The notes beneath the pieces were generated by a model that had not been told where the DNA came from, did no database searches, and saw nothing but the letters and a program-made list of their open reading frames with translations. Shown one piece after another: positions 39,327 to 49,096 of a DNA stretch of 64,000 bases (position 1 is the stretch's first letter; every line of letters begins with the position of its first letter). The position numbers and the translations under genes are program-made. Origin of the DNA: Vitrella brassicaformis CCMP3155 (lineage: Eukaryota; Protista; Chromerida); the NCBI GenBank assembly GCA_001179505.1, contig CDMY01000491.1:2881-66880 (forward strand), given 5' to 3'.

Positions 39327-39682
39327 CAAGGCAGACGTTCCGTGGTGGGAGAACCAGTTCCACACCGCGAGAACCGACCTTTCCAGCCAGAACCAGTTCT
39401 CTGCTGTGGAGCACCAGTTCTCTGCTGTGAAGCACCAGTTCTCTGCAGTGCAGAACCAGTTCTCTGCAGTGCAGCACCAGTTCTCTGCAGTGCAGAACCA
39501 GTTCTCTGCAGTGCAGAACCAGTTCTCTGCTGTGGAGCACCAGTTCTCTCTGTTTGAGACATGTACATGAAGAGATCCGACGACTTTGAGTCAATTCAGA
39601 GGTCATATGTACACCAGACGTCACACACACGAGGCCGCGGCAGATCAGAAGGATATGCGATATCAAAATGCCCTTCGCCCGC
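39327..39682 (+). repeat. Cassette containing a 21-bp minisatellite (CAG(A/C)ACCAGTTCTCTGCAGTG), copy 1
   Basis: About 8 units at 39387-39549; unique flanks are shared with 44645-44988. Confidence 0.9.
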
Positions 39683-40267
39683 NNNNNNNNNNNNNNNNNN
39701 NNNNNNNNNNNNNNNNNNNNNNNNNNNNNNNNNNNNNNNNNNNNNNNNNNNNNNNNNNNNNNNNNNNNNNNNNNNNNNNNNNNNNNNNNNNNNNNNNNNN
39801 NNNNNNNNNNNNNNNNNNNNNNNNNNNNNNNNNNNNNNNNNNNNNNNNNNNNNNNNNNNNNNNNNNNNNNNNNNNNNNNNNNNNNNNNNNNNNNNNNNNN
39901 NNNNNNNNNNNNNNNNNNNNNNNNNNNNNNNNNNNNNNNNNNNNNNNNNNNNNNNNNNNNNNNNNNNNNNNNNNNNNNNNNNTGCTGGGCAGCTACGCCA
40001 ACGAGACCATCACAGGTCAGCTGCTACCTTTGTACACATGAGCACGACTGGCAGATGTGAAATGTTGTGTGTGTCCCTGTTTGTGTGTTGTGTGTGTGGA
40101 ATGAATGCAGACATTCTCAGGATTATCGCCAGCTCCCCGCCCCCGAGGGAGGCCCCGCCTGAGATGACCTTTTCTGACGATGATGACGACAGCGATGAGG
40201 AGGACGACGAGTGAGACCCGCATGTCGATTACTAGTGCGTAGACACATCCAGGACACCCCTACATTA

Positions 40268-40400
40268 TGTGTCTCTCTGGCGTGTGTATGCAGGTCGATT
40301 ATCGCTACCTACATTTTGTATTTTCGTGGATCTTTTTTCAACTGCTCGCCGTGTCACGTCATGCCAACCCCCTTGACAGCATCGAATCGACGCCTTGCTC
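40268..40400 (+). repeat. Local duplication (second copy 41421-41555)
   Basis: ..ATCGCTACCTACATT..ATTTTCGTGGATCTTTT..GACAGCATCGAATCGACGCCTTGCT occurs twice. Confidence 0.8.
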
Positions 40401-42307
40401 GACAGAGGGATGTCTGCCAGGAGCAGACGGCGAGCCCGCATGGGCAGAATCGACAATGGCGATGTGCCGCCATCGCTGCGCAGCGCAGCACTCGCGTGTC
40501 TAGATGAGGCGAACTACATGTCAGGGCTGCACACCCGGTATGCGCACACGCACGCACATGCAGCGAAGAGCAGCCTGCAGGAAGACAGAGAGCGTGTGAA
40601 ATGCGTCGTCTCATCTGGCCTTTGTTTCTGCGATGGCGCATGTCTTTCTGTGTGCACAGGCGTGACCAGCTGACGGGTGGCGAACCAGCTGACGGAGACG
40701 CCGACCAATCGCCAGACCAACAGGTCAGAAAATACTTCAACCTCGCCTTCTGAGGAAAGGTGCTCTCACAGCCCTTTGCTGCTGCTGTTGTGTGTGTGTG
40801 CAGGGTGCGGGTGGCCTAGAGGATGTTGGTGAATCGCAACCGTCTGCTGCTGCGCCACAGGCTGGGGGCGGCGAGCAGCCACTCACGGCAGCACAGGCGT
40901 CTGTGTTCGCCGGATATCTCCAGTCGCTGCAGGTGGGAAACGAACCATTGCCACCCTCACAAACTCACACATGCATCCCTTCACTCCCTGCTTGTGCGGT
41001 GTTGGTCCCTGTGTGGTATCAGTCTGGGGTATCGGAGGCGCACGAGACGCGAGAGACCCTCGAAAGCCGAGCGGCCCAGACCCAGCCAAGACCACCGTCC
41101 CCGCCCCTTCCCCCACCCCCTTCCCCTGCACCCACCCCTCCCTCTCAGCCCGATGCCGCCCCGAGGGTAGACGAGGAGGAGTACAGAGGACTTCGAAAGC
41201 AATGCAGACGCACACGGGCACAAGGACCGCCCAGTTGGTGACTCGCTCGGCTCCTCGCCCCAGCGCCAGGAAATAGTCCTGGAAGAGCAGCCATTCCCTT
41301 CAGCAGCGGCAGCAGCGGCCCGGCTGGTGAGCGCTCCCTCGGCAGTCCCCACGATGCATCGACCAGGGGGCATCCGCCCTCGAGTTCTCACTGGCAGAGG
41401 GGGATTTCATTTTGTCATTCATGTGCCTCTCTGGTGTGTCTATGCAAGTCGATCATCGCTACCTACATTCTATATTTTCGTGGATCTTTTCCGCAATTGC
41501 TCGCCGTGTCTCGTCATGCCAAGCCCCCTTGACAGCATCGAATCGACGCCTTGCTGGATAGGATGCCCTCAAGATCGGAGCAACGCGCCGTTCCCTCACA
41601 TGAATGAATGCAGGAGAAGCTTGAGACATGTGAGAGGCAGCTGGTTGAGGCGCTCTCCGAGTGTTTGTCTCTTCTGGATCATCGACTGGTTTATCACCAA
41701 CATAAAGGTCCGGCCCTGCACGAACATCATCATCAATAAAAAGAGTCTGTACGTGTCGTTGGTTGGGCTGACGAAGTGACTGGCAGGACAGCGAGTAAGT
41801 ATTCTCCCGTGGCCTGATGCTGCACCTCGGCGCAGCGCCATTGCATTCGGCTACAAGATGTTACTGAACTTGGGAGACCAAGCCAGCTGTCAAGTCGTCT
41901 GTGTGTGAGAGGGAGTGAGAGAGAGAAGCGGAGGAAAGGCTGGACGGCTGGATGGGTGTGTCCCTTTGTCTTGTCTGTCTGTCCGTCTGTCTGTCTGTCT
42001 CTCTGTCTAGAGGAGCATTTTGCATTTATGGCAGTAACTCAGGTGGACGGATCTCTCTGTGTGTGTGAATGCCTGCATTGCATCTATGTTAAGTGAAGTG
42101 CATACCTCGGTTTCCCTGCCGCCCACCGCACTGCCCATTCACCTCACCAGCTTGATGATACACATGTGCAAGGACAAAAGGCAAGTCGACACAGGCAGGC
42201 ATCACATCACACGAACCAGCCAGCGCAAACAGTCAGCACTTAAGCCAACACCATGTATCACCCCACCAAAAGCGAGTCATCATTCTCTCAGCTACCGGTT
42301 CAATCGG

Positions 42308-44017
42308 TCAGTTGATGCCCAGCGACACCCACTGCTGGCCTGTCTGGCCGGTGACGTAGCCCAGCCGGCCCCACTGGAACTGGCAGTCGTCATTGCCCTC
42401 CTCGTTGTTGAAGCCCTTGACCACCTCCAGCCCGTGTTGCCGCACCTCATCCAGCCGGGCGCGATGCACCACCTCGCGGAACCCCAGCCGCCTGTGTGTG
42501 TGGCGCTGCCCCGCGTCGACAGCGAAGCACTGCAGCTGCGGCACACGCACCATCTGTCCGTCCGGCCCCCGGCTCCACCCGCCCACCACCTCCCGATTGC
42601 TGACCGTCTTGGTCGCCGCCCACTCGACGAAATGCTCGACGGCCCCCCGGACGCGCCGCTTGATTGCCGATGCGTTTGTGAGGTAGCTGTCGATGGCGGT
42701 GAGTGCGGCGGGTGGGTCGTGCAGGAAGGCCCCGATCTTCCATGCGATGGCGGCGGCCTCCTGTGGTCCGAATGAGAGTGGGGAGAGGGAGGGCGGGTGG
42801 GGGAGGGAGGCGTCCTCGTCGTTGTGGTCCACCAGAGGCAGAATGCGCGTCATGAGGATGTCGGCGTCGCGTTGGGGGCCGAGGGCGGCGTTGATGGCGT
42901 CCATGACCACGAAGGGCAGCTCGTTGAGTACAGCCACGTACTCCTTCAGCACCAGCTCACGCCGCTTGCGCTGAAGGGGTGTGTTGGTGGGAAGCACGTT
43001 TGTTGAGAGGTCGGCTCCCGCCCGCAGCAGGGACCGCACCATCAGCTTGCGGTTGCGAATCCGCTCAGCTGTCTCGTCCCGCATGTCGTCGCCGTCGTCG
43101 TTGTCGTTGTCGTTGTCGTCAAGCAGCTCTTCCAGTTGACTTGCGGCACCCCGGAGCGGCGGGGAAACACCCACCTGTGCATGGCTGATGTCAGCGGGAG
43201 TGGCGAGACGCTCGCACAGGTAGTCCACCACCCAGTGGCTTGACCAGGTCGTTATGCCGGCAGCATACCGCAGGATAAGACGCAAATTGGCCGCCGGTAT
43301 GGGGTTGCCGTGCTGCACCAGGGTGTCCATGTACTCGTACGTGAAGGCCTTGGACAGAAGGGGTCGTGAAGTAGCTGCGAGGAGCACCGCAACGCCGCTC
43401 TTCGACGGATCATGCTGCAGCAGCCGGCGGGCCACACCGATGAGGGCATCGCCATAGGCTTGCGATGGCCGGAGGGGAGAGAAGCCGTCAAGGGGCAAAG
43501 ATATATGGTTGACCTGATTTGTGGCCAACAGCACCTCCACTGCGTCAATGTTGCCCGTCTCGGACGCCACACGGATCGGCCGCATGCCCTCGTGATCTAG
43601 CTCGTGATCGGGATAATGGAAGTTGACGTTGGCCCCGCAGCTGATGAGCGCCTGAAGTATGTCCCGCTGCAGTTGGCGTGACGACCACGGTGTGAGCAGC
43701 AGGGGCGTCTTGAGGTCCGAATCCATCCGCCACACAGAGGGGACGCTGCCGGTCGGGTCGTCAATCGCCAGCGACAGCAGCGGCACCCACTTGGTGCGTC
43801 GATGGACTCCAGATGCCTTCTCGCGGAAGCCGACCAGCGCGTCGGGATTGGCTCCTTTGGTCTGGATGAGTCGTGTGGCGATGGCGGGCGTTAGCTCACG
43901 GCGCAGAATACGGTGGACGAGCCGCTTGGTGGCGGGGCCGGTGTCTGTCTGCCAGCAGAGGTCGATGCCGTCACTCGGTAGAGGCAGCTGGGCGGTGCTA
44001 TCGGGCTGATCGGACAT
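42308..44017 (-). CDS. Intronless ankyrin-repeat protein of the expanded Vitrella-type family
   Basis: 569-aa ORF; LIQTKGANPD, ILQALISCGANVN, PIRVASETGNIDAVEVLL; characteristic tail AINAAL.PQR...LSFGPQEAAAIAWKIGAF...KGFN..GNDDCQFQWG (family recognised from memory). Confidence 0.75.
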   Translation of the reverse strand: MSDQPDSTAQLPLPSDGIDLCWQTDTGPATKRLVHRILRRELTPAIATRLIQTKGANPDALVGFREKASGVHRRTKWVPLLSLAIDDPTGSVPSVWRMDSDLKTPLLLTPWSSRQLQRDILQALISCGANVNFHYPDHELDHEGMRPIRVASETGNIDAVEVLLATNQVNHISLPLDGFSPLRPSQAYGDALIGVARRLLQHDPSKSGVAVLLAATSRPLLSKAFTYEYMDTLVQHGNPIPAANLRLILRYAAGITTWSSHWVVDYLCERLATPADISHAQVGVSPPLRGAASQLEELLDDNDNDNDDGDDMRDETAERIRNRKLMVRSLLRAGADLSTNVLPTNTPLQRKRRELVLKEYVAVLNELPFVVMDAINAALGPQRDADILMTRILPLVDHNDEDASLPHPPSLSPLSFGPQEAAAIAWKIGAFLHDPPAALTAIDSYLTNASAIKRRVRGAVEHFVEWAATKTVSNREVVGGWSRGPDGQMVRVPQLQCFAVDAGQRHTHRRLGFREVVHRARLDEVRQHGLEVVKGFNNEEGNDDCQFQWGRLGYVTGQTGQQWVSLGIN

Positions 44018-44320
44018 GGTGATGGACTACGTCTGCAACACAGGACTCATCAGTGCTTGCCTTCATCCCTTGCTGCCATCTCTTGTGCATGCATTTCGTG
44101 AAGCGTACCTGATTGAATCAACAGTCGATGTGGTCGCCTGCTGCACTTGATGCCGTCACACAGATGGTTGGTTGGTTATTGTGTTTAACGAGACTCGTGT
44201 CTGTAACCCCGAGGGGATTCTGTCCATGTCACGCACTAAACTAGCAGCATGCACATGCATAGAAGCATGCACACGGCCTATCTCCCCATCCCGCCCAGCC
44301 ACTCGACATGCCCGTGCCCC

Positions 44321-44618
44321 ATGATGGTAGAGAAGCGCGAAGATCTGCAAAGCTCGCTTGAGCTCGCAAAAGGGGTCCTCGATCAGGCCTGTCTGAGGTT
44401 GAAGGCCACCCTGATCACTCTTGGTGAGGTCAGCCCAACGCCACGCAGAGAGAGGACCAGCCACCACATCTTCCGTTCAGTTTGTGCATCTCCCCCCGCG
44501 GTGCAGCCATGCAGGAAGACGTGGGCAGCCACTGCTCGTTCGCCTACTGCAAGCAGCTCGACTTCCTGCCCTTCCTCTGCAACAGATGCGGACAGCTCTT
44601 CTGCAGGATTCACAGAAG
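44321..44618 (+). CDS. 5' exons of an AN1-type zinc-finger protein (ZFAND1/2-like); continuation unresolved
   Basis: Spliced ..LITLAMQEDVGSHCSFAYCKQLDFLPFLCNRCGQLFCRIHR, followed by a GTAAGT donor. Confidence 0.7.
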
Positions 44619-44644
44619 GTAAGTAAGGAGCCGATGGCGTCGCC

Positions 44645-44988
44645 AAGGCAGACGTTCCGTGGTGGGAGAACCAGTTCCACACCGCGAGAACCGACCTTTC
44701 CAGCCAGAACCAGTTCTCTGCTGTAAATCACCAGTTCTCTGCAGTACAGCACCGGTTCTCTGCAGTGCAGCACCAGTTCTCTGCTGTCCAGCACCAGTTC
44801 TCTGCAGTGGAGCACCGGTTCTCTGCTGTCCATCACCAGTTCTCTCTGTTTGAGACATGTACATGAAGAGATCCGACGACTTTGAGTCAATTCAGAGGTC
44901 ATATGTACACCAGACGTCTATTCACAACACACACACGAGGCCGCGGCAGACCAGAAGGATATGCGATATCAAAATGCCCTTCGCCCGC
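44645..44988 (+). repeat. 21-bp minisatellite cassette, copy 2, lying just after the AN1 exon donor
   Basis: Same flanks and unit as 39327-39682; about 7 units. Confidence 0.9.
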
Positions 44989-45289
44989 CACTACTCTACC
45001 CAAATGCAAGCCACACACCCACATCCATCAATCCATCCCTCCCTCCACACCCACCCACCCACCCACAGACGTACGGACAGACAGACAGACAGCTCGACAG
45101 ATAGATAGATAGATAGACAGATTGACTGACTGACCCTTCTGGCTCATGGGCTGGATGGAGCCGGCTGTGTGGCTGCCTGCCTGCCCTGTCTGATGAGCTG
45201 GATGGATGGGGTGGATGAACTCATCTATCGACCAGCAAGCCAAGGACACTCACACACATGCGATGGACACCGATCCACACTCAAATCAA

Positions 45290-46200
45290 GTCGTCCCCCT
45301 CATCCTCGCCGCCCATGATCATTCGCGCCGCCTCTCGCTGCAGGTCTTCAAGACCGGCGACGGGCACGTCGACCTCGAATTTGAGCTTCGCTGCCACCGT
45401 ACGGAATTCAAGCAGACCGGCCTTGGTTTCGATTGGCGACCCTCCGCCCCCGGCGGGCGGCTTGAGGCCAAGCAGCATTGGGATGCCCGCATCCATCACG
45501 CCGTCGAACACTCGTAGCTGTAGAAGTCGAACAACCTGATACAAACGACGCTCTGGATCGAGCAAAACATGACAAAGTGTCGCATGTATGCTCGTCAGTG
45601 CATCGCTGCCGTTCCTTACCCAGAAAGATAGCGTCAGCCTCGAAGGTGTCGTCATAGTGGGCGAGCACGAAGATCACAAACAGGTGCAGAACAGTCCTGG
45701 CCATACAGGGACAGCATTAATTCATGTGTGCGTATGGATGCATGTGTGTGAGTGTCTTACTCTTTGAACGAGAGTGGGGGGCCGCTGACGCTCTCGAACA
45801 ACCTGCGCTTGGTGAATGTGTTCAGCGGCTCGGTGTATCGACGACACCCCTTCCATCACCATGCCGCAGCCACCGACTCCTCCATCCCTCGCCTGCCCAT
45901 CTTCACTCCCTGCAACCCCACCAGGGCCGGCGCCATCAAAATCGAGAATGTCTACATCGTCGTGCACAACATCCCCAGCCCCATGCGCTATGAGCTGATG
46001 ATCCTCTTCGCGAGTGCCGACCTCACCTCCCCCAGTCACGGCAAGCCGGCCGGTCTGGACGCCGTCAGCAGCCGCCTCATCGAATTCCTGCGACTGCTTT
46101 GGGCGGGCATCGAGATGGACGTCTATGACGCCGAGGAGGGACGGATGAGGACGATGCTGGTTCAGGAGGGACGGATGAGGACGATGCTTGTAGTGAGGGT
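45290..46200. CDS. Hypothetical protein or gene relic, strand ambiguous
   Basis: Codon-like periodicity with open frames on both strands (45752-46450 on +; a spliceable frame on -); no recognisable domain. Confidence 0.3.
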
Positions 46201-46249
46201 TAACTTCAGTGCCGAATCACCCTACAAGCGCCACATTGCCAGAAAACTG

Positions 46250-46590
46250 ACCCAGGGGGGTGGGAAACTGTGTTCTGTGCGGAAAACCGGGGCCCCATGC
46301 GGAAAACTGAGCCAGGGGCCCGGAAAACTGGTGATCTGCAGTGGAAAACTGACCACCTGCGTGGAAAACTGGCGCTCCCACGTGGAAAACTGGCCATCCG
46401 ACGTGGAAAACGGGTTCTCTGCCGCCTGTACCCAGTTTTCCATTGCCTGATGCCAGTTTTCCACTGCCTCTACCCAGTTTTCCAGTCTCTCCACCCAGTT
46501 TTCCATTGCCTGATGTCAGTTTCCAGTCAATGTGCCAGTTTTCCAATCGATGTGCCAGTTTTCCGCTGGATGTGCCAGTTTTCCAATGAA
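46250..46590. repeat. Two opposed arrays of a 9-10-bp core (GGAAAACTGG, then CCAGTTTTCC) at 20-21-bp period
   Basis: About 9 units at 46250-46410 and about 8 inverted units at 46430-46590, with variable spacers. Confidence 0.9.
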
Positions 46591-46999
46591 TGTGCCCTTA
46601 ACCCAAGAAACCCTGGACCCGATAAACCCTGCGACCCGAGAAACCCTGCTTCGGAAGGCTGTCGGCAAGATTCCTGACTCTCTGCTGTGTTCGGGTGTTC
46701 AGACAAGCTGTGTGCTTTTCGCGCTGTGGCCAGTTTTCCAGTAGATACACTCGAGATCTAACGCAGCACGCACCAGTCAATGCTTTCTGAAGTCAGAGAG
46801 AGAGTTGGAGAGAGCGCGGGCTGTACACTCGCGGTGTCCAAAGCTGCATGAGGTATCTACGGTCAATCGGTTGCTTCGTCTGGATGACTATTGTTTTGCT
46901 CTTGTCGTCAAGGAAGTAGACAGACAAGAGGGAAGGATTGTGAGGGTGCGGCATGTCGGCATGATGCATGTCGGCCGTGAGGAGCATCGCTCTCGAAGG

Positions 47000-48960
47000 A
47001 CGGCTCTCCTGATTCCCACAAATACCCTGACGCCCTCAAGCCAGTCAGGTGGGTTGACACACACACACACACGTGTGCGCAAGAGAGAGGATGACCTCTT
47101 CGCTTGCTCTTGCTCACCCTCTGCTGCCGCCGCCGACTACGCCAATCGATTCACACCGCATTCGCTGCCTCCGTCCGTCCCCACCCACCTGAAGATGCAG
47201 ATCGAAGGGCTCTGGACATCAGTCAAGCTCAAGGTGAACGCTGCAAAGGCCGCTCGTCTTGTCGAAGCATTTCGGCGCCTGCCAGCATATCAGCTCTTCG
47301 ATCAGGACAGCGACCCGCTCGCGATTCAGCAGGTGGGCACCTCGGAATGAGCCGGGGAGGACTTGGGTTGCCCATCGCTCATGTGTGTGCTGCAGGATGG
47401 CCGCGTGTCGGTCCTGGAGGTCTGGAAGTCGCCACAAGAGCTCTCCTCGGGCCGTGCCAATGTGCGCAGCACGTTTCTCTTCATGGGCGTTGACGAAGCA
47501 CGCACCCTCATCGTCCCCGAGCTCATTTACGAGGAGCTTGAGGCCGGTAGACCTGCAACACACACACACACACACACTCTCACACAAAAACCCCCCCCCA
47601 CACACAGACGCTGACTGTCCTCTCACCTGATGTCCATATGTGTCTTCACACAGGAGGCCGCGGTGTTGCGGTGTTCAACACGCCTGTCATCGTCTCAATC
47701 GAGTCGTCTGCCACGTCCAGTGACTGGAGCATCCTCACTCGCTTCCAGCTGCATGTCTTCAACCACGAGGGTAGCCTGAAGGGCGGCAAACACGCCGAGG
47801 TCGATTTCCTCGGCAAGAAGTTTGGCTCACAGCAGGACAAACAGGTGAGATTTGAAACGGACGAATGCACAGTTACTTTACCTGCGAAGCCATTGTGTGT
47901 TCAATGCAGCTCTTCTTGCGTGGGCAGCTGGGTGAGGGCGGCAATTTCCCGCCGGACAAGGAGCCTGAGGACGAGGCTCCGCATCATATGCAGGAGGCTG
48001 ACGACGAGCTCTTCGTCTCCATCCCGTGCGCCACTCACCGCAATGAGCTGTCATCTCTGCGCCGCTCGGCAGCGGAGTCCGAATGGGACACCGAGAGCCA
48101 GCCCATGCGGGATTACATCAGCAGGGTCAGTCGGCAATCAATGAACACACAGATAGCATCCCCTTGTGTGTCGGTCCCTTCCTGTCTTAGGTATTCTTCT
48201 ACCTGATGGATCACCACGAGAGTGGTTTTGAGCCTCCACAAGAGTGTTTCCACGCTGACGTCCTGGCCGACTGGTTCTTCAAGCCACTCAGGGAGATCCT
48301 CTCACTCGACGACCTGGAAAATTAGCCTGCGGGTGGATGTCAATGGCGCATCGATGTGATCTACCTGTTCTCTTGCAGAGCTCTTCCCTGATAAGGTGGC
48401 TGAGCTGAAGCAGCGTCAAAAAGACCGTGACGAACCGCTGGGTAATAGTGAGACAGACACAAGAGATTACGGCATATCTGTCTGCGTGTCTGTCTCACTC
48501 AGGCAAGCGGAAGTACACAGACGGCGATGACGACGACGACCGCGATGAGGACCACCTTCCCGACAGGGCAAATGGGGATGGGAGCGGTCCCGGCGGCATC
48601 GACAGGACGTCTACCAAGAAGACCAAGACAGAACATAAGCCAGCTGGGGAGCCGTCTGGTGCTCGTCGCCACTCACCTGCCGCTCACGATCTGATGATGG
48701 CGTCGCGTCGCACCACTGCATCTGCTGCAGGTAAGAAAGCTCACATTGAGGCGGCTCCGTTCATTCTTTCGCTATGCACAGGAGAGGTCGATGATGAGGT
48801 GACGGTTGAACAGAATGTGAAGTGCGCCGAGTGTGGTAAGGTGACACACGATTGAGATGCCGATGATGATTGACGGTGTGCCTTTGTGTGTGCAGGCTGC
48901 ACACTGCTTGTTTCTTCTGAAGCCGTCTGTTTGCCCCTTCTTGATTTTGACACGTTCTGA
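47000..48960 (+). pseudogene. Multi-exon hypothetical gene convergent with the transposase; in-frame TAG near 48323; start uncertain
   Basis: Consistent GT-AG splicing gives ..LRSTFLFMGVDEARTLIVPELIY..FFYLMDHHESG..LDDLEN*PAELFPDK..acidic DGDDDDDRDED..KCAECGC..*. Confidence 0.5.
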
Positions 48961-49096
48961 TTGCTTGTCTGTGTCGGTCATCAATTGAGAGACGGTTTGA
49001 GTCTGTCATGACGTGAAGTATACATGTACAATGGACATGTATGTGGCTGAAGCAAACCTCTATATGAATCGCCAGTCTATCAATGCATCAACATGA

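Noticed and set aside
39387-39549. Heptad-repeat protein (QNQFSAV)n or its antisense ORFs
   Set aside because: All frames are open simply because the unit is 21 bp; the second copy differs and there is no gene context.
45281-45655. Retroviral-type aspartic protease
   Set aside because: No D[ST]G motif, and the ORF appears to read through an intron or be an antisense shadow.
46250-46590. CRISPR array (constant core with variable spacers)
   Set aside because: Core ~10 bp and spacers ~11 bp are far too short, half the array is inverted, there are no cas genes, and the context is eukaryotic.
47000-48960. Calling the convergent gene RAG2-like
   Set aside because: No kelch GG/aromatic repeat pattern or complete PHD is visible; only its position is suggestive.
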